Virus record (IMG/VR): IMGVR_UViG_2671180724_000008
DNA: 64,000 bases
DNA from: a virus
Taxonomy: Duplodnaviria; Heunggongvirae; Uroviricota; Caudoviricetes
Reading direction: 5' to 3' (one strand)
In this document: positions 38,543 through 48,422 of the stretch, piece by piece
Position numbering within the stretch: position 1 is the first letter of the stretch
Layout: the number at the start of each line of letters is the position of its first letter
The notes under the pieces: generated by a model
Databases searched by the model: none
What the model saw: only the letters and a program-made list of their open reading frames with translations
What the model was told of the DNA's origin: nothing
Program-made: the position numbers and the translations under genes

Positions 38543-39616
38543 ATGGCAAAAGGAAAATCCGCACTGGCACTTGCTCTGAAAAAGAAAATCGGTAGCAACG
38601 ACGAAATTCAGAAAGTAACCCATTGGATTGACACAGGCTTTCCTCCGTTAAACAAAGCTATTTCAGGTCGTTACGATGGCGGTTTCCCATGTGGTCGTAT
38701 CGTAGAAGTATTCGGGCCGCCAAGCGCGGGGAAAACCTTTTTGGCAACAGCAGCAATGATCTCCGCTCAGAAACAAGATGGTCTGGCGGTATTCCTCGAT
38801 CATGAGAACAGTTTTGACGTTGGCCTGGCGGTAGCCAATGGCCTGAATGCAGATGAGGATGACGGCCAGTGGGTATACAAGCAGCCTGATACCTTCGAAG
38901 ACTCTGTAGAGTTGATCGGCACAATACTTAAATTGGTACGTGATGAAGAGCTTATCCCTGAATCAGCACCTATCTGTATCGTGGCTGACTCACTTGCGTC
39001 TATGGTTCCGAACTCCAAAGCCGAGAAGTTCGAAAAGATGGCTGAAGGCACTGCCAAAGACAAAGATCAGCTAAACATGAACGACAATACGGCGCTTGCT
39101 CGTGCGACGAGCGCGAACTTCCCCACTCTGGCTTTGTGGGCACGCAAATATAACGCCTGCATCATCTTCTTGAATCAGGTTCGCACAAAAATCGGTGTAA
39201 TGTTTGGCGACCCTACGACGTCACCAGGCGGCGATTCACCGAAGTTTTACGCTTCTGTGCGCATCCGTCTCGGTGCATCGGTGATGAAGGATGGTAAAGA
39301 GAAGATCGGTCAGGACGTAGGCGCAGAGTGCATCAAAAACAAAGTTGCACCACCGTATGGCAAATGCACCTGGAAATTCTACTTCGATCCTACTCGTGGC
39401 CTCGACGTTATCGAGTCGCTCGTCGAGTACATGCTGGAAGAAGGATACCTGCCAAAGAACGCCAGCGGGCGCGTAGAAATTGGTGACAAGAAATACACCA
39501 AATCACAGATCGTCGAGATGTATCGGGAGAAGCCACTAGCTGAAATCATTGCGGCTTTACAGGCAATCGACGACCGGAGATCAAAAGACAATCCCACCGA
39601 GTCAGTAGAAGAGTAA
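38543..39616 (+). CDS. RecA-family recombinase (RecA/UvsX-like)
   Basis: 357-aa ORF. Walker A region RIVEVFGPPSAGKTFLA closely resembles RecA GRIVEIYGPESSGKTTL. Confidence 0.6.
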   Translation: MAKGKSALALALKKKIGSNDEIQKVTHWIDTGFPPLNKAISGRYDGGFPCGRIVEVFGPPSAGKTFLATAAMISAQKQDGLAVFLDHENSFDVGLAVANGLNADEDDGQWVYKQPDTFEDSVELIGTILKLVRDEELIPESAPICIVADSLASMVPNSKAEKFEKMAEGTAKDKDQLNMNDNTALARATSANFPTLALWARKYNACIIFLNQVRTKIGVMFGDPTTSPGGDSPKFYASVRIRLGASVMKDGKEKIGQDVGAECIKNKVAPPYGKCTWKFYFDPTRGLDVIESLVEYMLEEGYLPKNASGRVEIGDKKYTKSQIVEMYREKPLAEIIAALQAIDDRRSKDNPTESVEE

Positions 39617-39621
39617 ACACA

Positions 39622-39645
39622 AGGCGTCCACAGGACGCCTTTTTT
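39622..39645 (+). terminator. rho-independent terminator
   Basis: aggcgtcc-aca-ggacgcct hairpin followed by ttttt. Confidence 0.75.
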
Positions 39646-39708
39646 ATCTCTTGAAAATATATAAGTACTTACTTATCATTTTCACATAACAACCACATAG
39701 GAAAACAC

Positions 39709-39909
39709 ATGATCAAAATCTATCTATTGGCAGTAGCCACAGGCCTTTCAGTGGCTCTCATCTACGGATTACTGGTTCCGTCGCTGATTTCTGCAAAGAG
39801 TGATTTGGCCGTCATGCTTGGAGTTCTCGTTGGTTTTGGTACTCCTGTAATCGGTCTTATTGCTGGTCGTAAGTTTATTAACTCATTAATCAAAGCAAAG
39901 GGGAAATAA
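39709..39909 (+). CDS. small two-helix membrane protein
   Basis: 66-aa ORF with two hydrophobic helices. Start context cataggaaaacacATG. Immediately upstream of the SPFH gene. Confidence 0.4.
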   Translation: MIKIYLLAVATGLSVALIYGLLVPSLISAKSDLAVMLGVLVGFGTPVIGLIAGRKFINSLIKAKGK

Positions 39910-39912
39910 GTA

Positions 39913-40743
39913 ATGAAGAAACGTTTACCTGTAATTGCTCTGGCGGCTATTTGCACAATGGGTATTATTGGCTATGACCGCGTAGAACCTGGATTTGTTG
40001 GCATCAAAGTAAACAAAGTAGGTGAAGATAAAGGGATTGGTGAAGTTGTTGGTGTTGGCCACCAATGGGTAGGCATTAACACTGAACTTTATGTATTCCC
40101 GACCTTCAAACAAATGAAGATCTACGACGAGCCGTTCACATTCCAGATGAGTGACGGTACTGCTATCGGTCACAAAATTGGCGTTACGTATCTGGTTAAT
40201 CGTGACAAGGTAACGACAGTGTTCCAGACCTATCGCAAAGGCGTAGACGATATCACCGAATCAGATCTGCGTCAGAAAATTGCCGACTCTCTAAACCGTT
40301 TGGCCAGCCGTATGACCACTGACTCATTTATCGACGGTGGTAAGGCACAATTGCTGGACAACGCACTGAAAGATATTCAGAAAGAGATGTCTCCGGTTGG
40401 TATTGAGGTACTGAGCCTGTCATGGGTTGGAAAACCTGATTACCCAAAAACCGTCATTGAATCCATCAACGCCAAAGTAACGGCTAACCAGCGTACTCTG
40501 CAACGTCAGCAGGAAGTCGAACAACGTAAAGCTGAGGCGAATATGCTGCGTGAACAGGCTAATGGTGAAGCTGATGCTATCCGTGCTCGTGCGCAAGCAG
40601 AAGCAGACGCCATTCGTCTGCGCGGTGAAGCTCTGCGTCAAAACCCGAACGTTATGGAACTGGAAGCCATCAATAAATGGAATGGCCAGTTACCGCAGTA
40701 CATGACTCAAGGGGCTAACACTCCTTTCATTACCGTGAAATAA
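39913..40743 (+). CDS. SPFH / band-7 (stomatin-prohibitin-like) domain protein
   Basis: 276-aa ORF. N-terminal signal/anchor, central region with SPFH-like sequence character, C-terminal Ala/Glu/Arg-rich coiled coil (QRKAEANMLREQANGEADAIRARAQAEADAIR). Confidence 0.55.
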   Translation: MKKRLPVIALAAICTMGIIGYDRVEPGFVGIKVNKVGEDKGIGEVVGVGHQWVGINTELYVFPTFKQMKIYDEPFTFQMSDGTAIGHKIGVTYLVNRDKVTTVFQTYRKGVDDITESDLRQKIADSLNRLASRMTTDSFIDGGKAQLLDNALKDIQKEMSPVGIEVLSLSWVGKPDYPKTVIESINAKVTANQRTLQRQQEVEQRKAEANMLREQANGEADAIRARAQAEADAIRLRGEALRQNPNVMELEAINKWNGQLPQYMTQGANTPFITVK

Positions 40744-40761
40744 CTCTCTTTGAGAAGTTCA

Positions 40762-40786
40762 GGCGTCCAGTTGGACGCCGTTTTAT
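40762..40786 (+). terminator. rho-independent terminator
   Basis: ggcgtcc-agtt-ggacgcc hairpin followed by gtttta. Confidence 0.7.
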
Positions 40787-40838
40787 TCTCGTTATTATCA
40801 CATACAAGAAAACAATTTGTTAAAAGGTTAAGTTAATT

Positions 40839-41663
40839 ATGCCCAACCACATTACAAACGAAATCCGAGTCATAGGTGGCACAAATAAACAACGCTTAGA
40901 TTTCATACGTGCCATAACTAACAAAAAAGGTCTAATTGACTTTAATACCATTTGCAGACGTCCGAAAAGTATAGAAATGGAAGAAAACAATCATATCAGG
41001 CGCATGGCCTCTGCAATGGCGGGCGAAACAGTTTACGACTACATGTTCGGTGAATTAAAGACTCCAGAACAGCTCGAATTAGCTATGCGTGAATCAGGAA
41101 TGACACGCAAGGAAATTCGCAAAATCAAAGAGCAGGCTCTTATGCGGCTTGAGAATTATCGTCGCTATGGCTATTACTCATGGTTTGACTGGTCGCGAGC
41201 TAATTGGGGAACAAAATGGAATGCCTACAACATCGAAATGCCCGTAAAACGTATCCCTACACGTATTAAGTACGGCCATAATTTCCGCCATACACACGTT
41301 CGAGCATATGCAAAACGAATCTATAAAAAACGTCTTGCAAGACATGCCGCAACTGGTGGTGAGTTGGTGATTCGCTTTGAAACAGCCTGGTCTATGCCAA
41401 AACCAATTTATCAAGCGATGGCTAGAAAGTTCCCGCACCTTGAGTTTGTAATACGTTATGCAGACGAAGACTTCGGCAATAACTGCGGATTCATTTTACT
41501 TCGCAACGGCAAATGGGAATATGACTACATTGCACCGGCGAATAACGAACAATCGTCAGAAGAAAAAATCAAATGGCGCAAGTTCGCCTTTGAGTTATGT
41601 TGTCCTGGTATCACTCCACAAGAATACGGTCTAAATGAAGAATACGAATACGCCGGATATTAA
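40839..41663 (+). CDS. hypothetical protein (conserved-looking SWFDWSRANWGTKWN motif)
   Basis: 274-aa ORF; Trp-rich motif of unknown function. Confidence 0.45.
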   Translation: MPNHITNEIRVIGGTNKQRLDFIRAITNKKGLIDFNTICRRPKSIEMEENNHIRRMASAMAGETVYDYMFGELKTPEQLELAMRESGMTRKEIRKIKEQALMRLENYRRYGYYSWFDWSRANWGTKWNAYNIEMPVKRIPTRIKYGHNFRHTHVRAYAKRIYKKRLARHAATGGELVIRFETAWSMPKPIYQAMARKFPHLEFVIRYADEDFGNNCGFILLRNGKWEYDYIAPANNEQSSEEKIKWRKFAFELCCPGITPQEYGLNEEYEYAGY

Positions 41664-41709
41664 AAAAATTGTCATTTAGCTTTACGCATGAAGCATAGAG
41701 GTTAATAAG

Positions 41710-42450
41710 ATGAAAAGAAAAATTGAAGAACCAAAAACGACCCTTAATAAACATGGGGAAAAAATTCAAACACATCCAGCGTTCGGTCTTGTGAAAACAA
41801 GCCGTGTTAGCACAACTGGCATTCGCCTATTTGATTCAGAACTGGAACATAGAGACTATATTGAAATAGGCGTTTACGAGGCGGAACTGTCCTTAGACAA
41901 TGAACGAACCCGGCCACAAAGAAGTAGCAATAGACGGCCTTTAGTTGAAATCAGACTTAGTCAGGCACAATGGGCTGCTATGGTTAGCAGTTTTGGTGTG
42001 GGCGAAGGTGTGCCATGCACTATTTCATATAAAACCATTGGCGACTCAATTAGAGTTCATGATATTGCCGAGCAAAAAAGTATTCGGCAAAAATTCAACG
42101 ATCAAATAAAGGCAGCTACGAATAGTGAGATTGATCGACTTAATCAGCAAGTTTCAGAGCTAGGTGAGCTTGTGAAAAAAGGAAGAGCTGGAAAACGTGA
42201 CCTTGAAGAACTATATAGAAAACTTGCATCTGCTGTAGCTAACCTTCCTGAAAATCTGTGCTTTGCTACCGAATTAATGCAGGAGCAAATGGATGAAATT
42301 GTCTCATCTGGAAAGGCGGAGATTGAGGCGTATGTTGCGGGCACGGTTATGCGTAAAGGGTTAGCAGCATTAGGCACAGAATCATGCATTAACGATGATC
42401 CTACTGTCTCTATCACCAAAATGGAAAGCGGTAAAGAATTACTGCCATAA
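41710..42450 (+). CDS. hypothetical protein
   Basis: 246-aa ORF with RBS gaggt upstream. Confidence 0.45.
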   Translation: MKRKIEEPKTTLNKHGEKIQTHPAFGLVKTSRVSTTGIRLFDSELEHRDYIEIGVYEAELSLDNERTRPQRSSNRRPLVEIRLSQAQWAAMVSSFGVGEGVPCTISYKTIGDSIRVHDIAEQKSIRQKFNDQIKAATNSEIDRLNQQVSELGELVKKGRAGKRDLEELYRKLASAVANLPENLCFATELMQEQMDEIVSSGKAEIEAYVAGTVMRKGLAALGTESCINDDPTVSITKMESGKELLP

Positions 42451-42470
42451 ATGCATCTGAGGTACTGACA

Positions 42471-42860
42471 ATGCTTTTAATTCAACCTGGGTTCGGTTTA
42501 AAGATAAAAAAAGGGCATATGTTTGGTGAGCGAGATTCCAAACGAAAAATTCTGTCTATTCGATTACCATTTATCACCATTCATTGGTTAAACAGAGAGT
42601 CAACCGATTATTGGTATAAATGCGCAAGAGCAGCATTTAACGACCCTGACTGGTTTGTAGAAAATCACCACGCGGTTCGTCAGGCAAAAAGAAAGGCTAA
42701 TACGACATATATGAAGGCATATCAGGATGCCTGGGAAGAACATCGTGGCCGATACCAAAAAAACATTGAAAAACTTGAATCAGAAAATATGGACCTAAGA
42801 AGAAAACTTGGTGAAGCACGTCGAGACATCGAAGCATATAAACGTCTTGTATCGGAGTGA
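42471..42860 (+). CDS. hypothetical protein
   Basis: 129-aa ORF. Confidence 0.35.
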   Translation: MLLIQPGFGLKIKKGHMFGERDSKRKILSIRLPFITIHWLNRESTDYWYKCARAAFNDPDWFVENHHAVRQAKRKANTTYMKAYQDAWEEHRGRYQKNIEKLESENMDLRRKLGEARRDIEAYKRLVSE

Positions 42861-42922
42861 ATATATCTTTGCTTTATTTTTTCAAAGGTGATTATTTTCC
42901 TATTTATAAGGAGAAGTAAAAC

Positions 42923-43348
42923 ATGGCAGCAATTAAGAAACTCTACGATGCCGCAAACGCGGCTCTGGATGTTATTGATGATGAAGTATCAAAAGGCTTT
43001 CCTGAACCTGATTGGGCGCATCAGCTACGAAACGCTATCGCCGAAATGAATCCACCAGATCCGACCACCGACGAGACAGACTGGCAGCGATTTATCCGTA
43101 TGTACGCTCAGGAAATAGGTCCAACGCCAACGGCAGAGCAAGCAATGCTGCTGAAATACTTCAAAGAGGCGGGAGAGGATTTACCAATTGATGACTCAGC
43201 ATATTGGTTCCACTGCGCATGGCGTAAGTATGACGTGATATTCACACAAGGCATGGGGAGCAAAGATATGGTTGTGTGGCATCTACTCCATATAGACACA
43301 GCCGTTGACAGAGTTATTGAACAGTTTTTCCCTAAACAAGAAGATTGA
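42923..43348 (+). CDS. hypothetical protein
   Basis: 141-aa ORF with RBS aggag upstream. Confidence 0.4.
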   Translation: MAAIKKLYDAANAALDVIDDEVSKGFPEPDWAHQLRNAIAEMNPPDPTTDETDWQRFIRMYAQEIGPTPTAEQAMLLKYFKEAGEDLPIDDSAYWFHCAWRKYDVIFTQGMGSKDMVVWHLLHIDTAVDRVIEQFFPKQED

Positions 43349-43403
43349 TCGCCTATTCATAACTAACAAAATAAGTAAACACTAACCACAAAAGGAAAAA
43401 CAC

Positions 43404-43679
43404 ATGAGAGTTTTAGTTCGAATCGTTACCAGCACTGTCTATGACGTGTTTCCGCTTTTTATGGTCAAAGCCGATGGTCTTAACGACGAAGAAACTGACG
43501 CGCTGATCCAGCGTATTCTCGTTGAATATACAGGTCATGACGCTGATTCAGTGATGGTTGATGATGATGGTGTTTGTTGGCATAACGGCAACTGTTGGTA
43601 CGTAGAAGAGACTCAACAAATCAGTGATGAAGATGCCGCACATCTTGAGCGTATTTTAAGCATCAGCACTTTTGAGTGA
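43404..43679 (+). CDS. hypothetical protein
   Basis: 91-aa acidic ORF with the conserved start context aaaaggaaaaacacATG. Confidence 0.4.
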   Translation: MRVLVRIVTSTVYDVFPLFMVKADGLNDEETDALIQRILVEYTGHDADSVMVDDDGVCWHNGNCWYVEETQQISDEDAAHLERILSISTFE

Positions 43680-43718
43680 GTTTACAGTAAAATTTATATA
43701 AGTTAGTATCTACCTATC

Positions 43719-43898
43719 ATGAAGATTTTTATTGAATACTTGTTACTCATCGTGTCAATAGCTTTTGTCATCGACTGCATTTTCACTGGTGTCATTCGTA
43801 AAGTCTTTTCCCCGGTGAACGACGTAGTAATAAACGCTTTGGCTATCGTGCTCGTATTTAATTCAGCATTTGATGTAATCAAAGAGGTGGCAGCATGA
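43719..43898 (+). CDS. small membrane protein
   Basis: 59-aa ORF, absent from the track (under 60 aa). Two hydrophobic helices; ATGA overlap with the next gene. Confidence 0.25.
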   Translation: MKIFIEYLLLIVSIAFVIDCIFTGVIRKVFSPVNDVVINALAIVLVFNSAFDVIKEVAA

Positions 43899-44230
43899 AG
43901 GCCATCCCATTCGCGCTGTTGTTCCTTTCTTCGATCGTTGTGGCCGACACCACTGTTTATCAGTGTGAAATGTCTGTAGCCGACGTTAAGAATGGCGCTC
44001 TTACCGACGTCATAAAAGCACCATATGGAGCGATGGTCGTAGACAGCGGCGACCAGTTCTATGTTGTGCGTGACGATCGAGTATTGTCATCCCCATATCT
44101 CACAAACCGTAATGGCAAATTAACCGGCGTTGGAGAAGACCACTTCGTATACAACAAATACAAGGGCTTCTATGGCGTTCACGCTTCTCAGCAAAGCTAC
44201 CTTTTCGATGACTGCAAGGAGGTTGGATAA
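43895..44230 (+). CDS. secreted hypothetical protein
   Basis: 111-aa ORF with signal-peptide-like N-terminus MKAIPFALLFLSSIVVA. Confidence 0.4.
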   Translation: MKAIPFALLFLSSIVVADTTVYQCEMSVADVKNGALTDVIKAPYGAMVVDSGDQFYVVRDDRVLSSPYLTNRNGKLTGVGEDHFVYNKYKGFYGVHASQQSYLFDDCKEVG

Positions 44231-44442
44231 TGGCATTAACACTGGCAGGTCTGGAAATCGAGAAAACAAGCGGCTACTGGCGTGCTAAGGGTTTCAAGCA
44301 GCCAGGCATTCTTGAGCGTCTGGAACGTGAAGATGGGTATATCGTCCACCAGCGGCGTGAATGGCGTATGTACGATCCAGAAACAGGAAAACTGACTACA
44401 AAAGCCGGAACACTCTGGGGTCTGTTGAAGAAAATACACTAA
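44230..44442 (+). CDS. hypothetical protein
   Basis: 70-aa ORF translationally coupled to the preceding gene. Confidence 0.35.
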   Translation: MALTLAGLEIEKTSGYWRAKGFKQPGILERLEREDGYIVHQRREWRMYDPETGKLTTKAGTLWGLLKKIH

Positions 44443-44487
44443 ATGCAAACTGACTGCGGCTCGTTCCGCAGTCATATTTCATAGTCG

Positions 44488-45022
44488 TCACCGCTGACAG
44501 CATACACAATCAACTACCGCTGATAGCATATCGAGAGTCTATCTTACCGCTCACAGCATACTTTACTCGATTTTTTACCGCTGACAGCATACTTAAGACA
44601 TTGCATGAATAATGTGTACCGGTATGGGTATAACCAGAACAAAATTACCGCTGGCAGCATACGAAGGTCTGACATATACCATTAATTACCGCTGATAGCA
44701 TATCCAAACAAAAATTCCTCAATAAAACACCGCTGACAGCATACGTTCTATCAGGGAGCAGCAGGCAATAAATGCCTTTCACTACAAGCAATCAGCGCAA
44801 TAGCAATAGAATGTTAGTGAGCGCAAACCTATATGGAATGCACTCTTCGAGGTTAGTAACCACTGGGGAGGTATGACAGAGCATTGAGTGGTGATAGATG
44901 ATTTACCGCTCACAGCATACGTTCATCTCACTATACCGCTGGTAGCATATCTTTAACCGTTCACAGCATACTTTTCAGAAAAATAGCCGCTGATAGCATA
45001 CATTTCACCGCTGACAGCATAT
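44488..45022. repeat. iteron array downstream of repA (12 copies, incA-like)
   Basis: Twelve direct repeats with consensus (T)ACCGCTGACAGCATAC at irregular 20-45 bp spacing, in two clusters (7 + 5) separated by about 140 bp. Confidence 0.85.
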
Positions 45023-46116
45023 CAAAGCAGTTTGAGACTATTGGAAAGGATCTCAATCATCTTGATATTTTCAGGCGTCAAATTCTGCGAAAGTTCGGTT
45101 ATCTTGTTGATAATGTTCTGTTTAGCATCAATTTCCCCGGCTTTCTCATCTGGTTTTTTGGGTTCGATGTCTTCAGGTTTTGGCGGTGCGACTTTAAGTT
45201 TTGGATTACGGCTGTGAATCTGGATATAGATCGACCGCCCTCGCTTAATCTCGCTGTATTCGAGATAGCCCAAATCTTGGAGAGCTTTTAAGCCGTTACG
45301 TATAGTCTGATTCTGCGAGCTGACATTCCTGCTACTCAAATTGAGTCGCGCACGCAATCGAGCAAGCGATACCGGCGCAGGCTTGGTTGGAAGACTTTCG
45401 ATGAAGGTGTACAGAGCCTGTGCTGTTTCTTTGCGTGGTAGCTTATTGATAACCTTTAACTGCAAAAGAACCTTATGGTCAAAGCGATATAGTTCGGCCA
45501 GCTTCGGTTCTGCATAGAACACCACCGTATCTTTCTGCTCGTTGTAGTCCACGCTATTGATGAGGTGCACCATCAGAAGCGAGATCTTGTTAGAGCCGTC
45601 GACGTTCTTTTCTTCATACGTTCTCTGGAAAGACAGAGTTGTACGCATGATCTTCAAAAGACTGTTTGTAAGCCGGTCGCGGAGTGTTTTGCGGATCTGT
45701 GACGATGGATAGCCACAAAACTTCGCAAATTTCGTGATGCTTAACTCGACACGACCGTTAGGTTCGCCGTATTCTGCCAGCGAACGCACAACGCCCACCC
45801 ACGTTTTGAAATCATGATCCATGTCGAGACGAGGACCGGTTATCTTGATGTCGGAATAGCCTTCAGAACGGGCTACTTCGAGCTGAACAAGCTCCTTTGA
45901 AGCATCGATTTCATTTGGCTTGTTACGCTTGCTGTATTTTGTCCCCTTGAGCGTGGGCACGAACAACCCCAGCCGCATCAACGCAATTGGTTGGACTGTA
46001 TTGTTGCTATTAGGGACAAGTTCCCCTGTGTACAATTCAAGGGAACCTTCTTCAAAGTTGTCGAGATTATCTTCTACTTCTTTGTTATTTTTACCTTTTT
46101 TATTTTTTGTGGACAT
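45022..46116 (-). CDS. repA: RepA-like iteron-binding plasmid replication initiator
   Basis: Minus-strand ORF flanked on both sides by iterons. Start set at MSTKNKKGKNNK (ATG at 46116-46114) so that the coding region does not overlap the upstream iterons; the track start is 46236. Confidence 0.7.
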   Translation of the reverse strand: MSTKNKKGKNNKEVEDNLDNFEEGSLELYTGELVPNSNNTVQPIALMRLGLFVPTLKGTKYSKRNKPNEIDASKELVQLEVARSEGYSDIKITGPRLDMDHDFKTWVGVVRSLAEYGEPNGRVELSITKFAKFCGYPSSQIRKTLRDRLTNSLLKIMRTTLSFQRTYEEKNVDGSNKISLLMVHLINSVDYNEQKDTVVFYAEPKLAELYRFDHKVLLQLKVINKLPRKETAQALYTFIESLPTKPAPVSLARLRARLNLSSRNVSSQNQTIRNGLKALQDLGYLEYSEIKRGRSIYIQIHSRNPKLKVAPPKPEDIEPKKPDEKAGEIDAKQNIINKITELSQNLTPENIKMIEILSNSLKLL

Positions 46117-46134
46117 GTGGACACCTTTGTCATT

Positions 46135-46237
46135 CAACCGCTGACAGCATACTTGATTTGCCGCTGGCAGCATACAAAAAACAGTTGGCAGCATACGGCG
46201 AACCGTTGACAGACTATCAATTACCGCTGACAGCATA
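46135..46237. repeat. iteron array upstream of repA (5 copies, origin/incC-like)
   Basis: Five copies of the same CCGCTGACAGCATAC-type repeat, two of them degenerate, in the repA promoter region. Confidence 0.8.
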
Positions 46238-46278
46238 CATGAACATGGCTTCAGACCAGTCGTGGCGCGGCTTACAGC

Positions 46279-46351
46279 GATCGGGGATCTTATTTGATCT
46301 ATACAAGGATCTATCTATGGATCTCTTTATTAGGATCTATCCTGTGGATAT
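46279..46351. promoter_or_regulatory. origin-associated GATC cluster with DnaA-box-like sequence
   Basis: Six GATC sites within about 60 bp (46279-46337), followed by tgtggatat (reverse complement atatccaca, 8/9 match to the DnaA box TTATCCACA), adjacent to the iterons. Confidence 0.65.
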
Positions 46352-46437
46352 GTGAATAATTAAAACAGGCATTTACTACCTTCGGCGCACCTGGTGGGTT
46401 ATCGTTGCCTCGGCTAACAATCACAGAAAAATGACAT

Positions 46438-47082
46438 ATGGATCTAAAACGCACGCGCTGGGTTCGTCGTCTTGAAGACGGCTCATACACTATCGAATCA
46501 AATTCCAACCTGAATAAGCAGAAGTTGCTTTGTGACATCTGCGGTATAGCGGCGAAGTGCCCGATCTACGAAACCAGAATAAAACTTGATAAGGCTGGTG
46601 TGAATTTTCATTTAAACAGTTGCATCAGGTACGTTCCATTGCTCGCATTTCGTAAACCGATCATCGGATTGGATGCCCCCTACTTCAACACACTCCGTTC
46701 AGGTGTGACGTGGCGAGATCGTTTATCACCAGACAAGCTGATTTGCCTTGTATCCGCAGACACAGGGAAAATCATCCGTTTTGGGAAAGTAGACAAGGTT
46801 TACTCAGGTCCAGTAGACGAAATGTTGCGGAAACACAGCCGGTTTAATCATCTCTGTATGGGTGGTGAGAAAATCGAAAAGGTGGAAGAAGTGATCCGTA
46901 AATCCTACGGACACTTTCTGACCAAAGATAGCCTGCTCACCGCAATCTACATCAGACATGTAAAACGTGAGTTCGACCTCGAATACCACAGCGAAGAAGA
47001 GCTTAACCTTGTTGACCCACGTCCAAAAGCTGGCGTCATAAGCATAAACGCAGCGCGTAAAAAGCCCACTGACGCGCTGTAA
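46438..47082 (+). CDS. hypothetical protein
   Basis: 214-aa ORF next to the origin. Confidence 0.4.
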   Translation: MDLKRTRWVRRLEDGSYTIESNSNLNKQKLLCDICGIAAKCPIYETRIKLDKAGVNFHLNSCIRYVPLLAFRKPIIGLDAPYFNTLRSGVTWRDRLSPDKLICLVSADTGKIIRFGKVDKVYSGPVDEMLRKHSRFNHLCMGGEKIEKVEEVIRKSYGHFLTKDSLLTAIYIRHVKREFDLEYHSEEELNLVDPRPKAGVISINAARKKPTDAL

Positions 47083-47336
47083 CCCTCCAGATCGTATATT
47101 GGCGTAGATAGAATCTACGCCCCCTCAAAATAGCTCTCATAGCGTTCTACAGTGATCCTGTCTTATTTTTAGTCATACAGGCAAGCAAAGTTGCGCCACA
47201 ACAAATAGGTATATACTTACTTATAAATTTTGTATATTAAGACGCTCGTTTCATTCCTAACATACCGTTATGCATAGTTGTTTACCTTCTCATTGCTCTT
47301 AAAATTTGTATCAAAATAACCACAAAGGAAAAACAC

Positions 47337-48422
47337 ATGACTTTGCCATACGGCGTCATTTCTGACTGCCACTACCACAAATGGGATGCGTTCTCCACGA
47401 CGAACGCTGAGGGGCTTAACTCCAGACTTGAAATACAGTTGGAAGCAACGAAAGAAGCAGCCATCGCCATGAAGAAGGCCGGTTGTAAGTACATGTTGGT
47501 TGCCGGTGATACATTTCACGTCCGAGGAACTGTGTCCCCTTCTGTTTTGCATTACGTAACTGAAACGTACAAGTGGATTATCAACGAGCTTGATCTGACA
47601 GTAGTAATGCTGGCCGGTAATCACGATCTTGAAACCAACGATTCAGTATATAGCGCCAACGCAGCAGCATCGCTGAGTTCTATCGGCGTGGTAATCGTAT
47701 GTGGCAAGCGCCCACACTCAATAAAAATTGGTGATGTGACTGTCCACCTGATTAGCTGGCGTAACAATCATGCGGAGCTTATCAGCGATCTGAAAGCATT
47801 ACGTAAGAGCGTAGAAGGTGATAATCATGACGTTGTTATCCATACATCCATTAACAAAGCCATTCCAACAATGCCTGACGTCGGTATCGATGCGCAGGAG
47901 TTAAAGGATATCGGCTTTCGTCTCGTGCTTAGTGGGCATTACCACAACCACAAAGAGGTCATTCCTGGTGTTATCAGTGTCGGTGCGCTGACCCATCAAA
48001 ATTGGGGAGATGTTGGATCTCTGGCTGGTTACATGATCGTAAACCCGGACGGCAGTTTCAGTCACTACGAAACCAGTGCGCCTAAATTCATTAACCTGGA
48101 AGATTATGTTGCCGATGACCAAATTCGCGGCAACTACGTGCGTTTCCGCGCCGTAATTGAGAACGATGAAGAAGGCATTAAGTACCAGAATATCCTCAAA
48201 ACAATGGGCGCAAAAGGTGTCGTGTGCAACTTCATCCGTAAGTCATCAATGATGGAAGGGACAGCAAGCACAACGGAAACCAGCAAAATCGATAGCTTGG
48301 GAGAGTCGGTATCTGCTTATTGCAAGATTGTCCACGATACTGACGGCGGATTTGATCTGAGCAAGTTGGATATTTTGTGTCAGGAAATCCTCACCGAAGC
48401 GGAGAGTTCGGAGGCTGTGTGA
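47337..48422 (+). CDS. SbcD/Mre11-like nuclease (calcineurin-like phosphoesterase)
   Basis: 361-aa ORF with phosphoesterase motifs DCHYH, GDTFH and GNHD. Start context acaaaggaaaaacacATG. Confidence 0.65.
   Translation: MTLPYGVISDCHYHKWDAFSTTNAEGLNSRLEIQLEATKEAAIAMKKAGCKYMLVAGDTFHVRGTVSPSVLHYVTETYKWIINELDLTVVMLAGNHDLETNDSVYSANAAASLSSIGVVIVCGKRPHSIKIGDVTVHLISWRNNHAELISDLKALRKSVEGDNHDVVIHTSINKAIPTMPDVGIDAQELKDIGFRLVLSGHYHNHKEVIPGVISVGALTHQNWGDVGSLAGYMIVNPDGSFSHYETSAPKFINLEDYVADDQIRGNYVRFRAVIENDEEGIKYQNILKTMGAKGVVCNFIRKSSMMEGTASTTETSKIDSLGESVSAYCKIVHDTDGGFDLSKLDILCQEILTEAESSEAV

Noticed and set aside
46119-46236. Longer RepA N-terminus starting at 46236 (MLSAV...)
   Set aside because: That extension would be encoded by the upstream iteron array itself. 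An internal ATG (46116-46114) with an AAAGG RBS gives a start downstream of the iterons, which is the usual arrangement. The longer form is not excluded.
44488-46237. Direct-repeat arrays that superficially resemble a CRISPR array
   Set aside because: Repeats are only about 16 bp and irregularly spaced, with no uniform spacer length. They flank a Rep-like gene on both sides next to a GATC/DnaA-box region, which is the classic iteron replicon arrangement.
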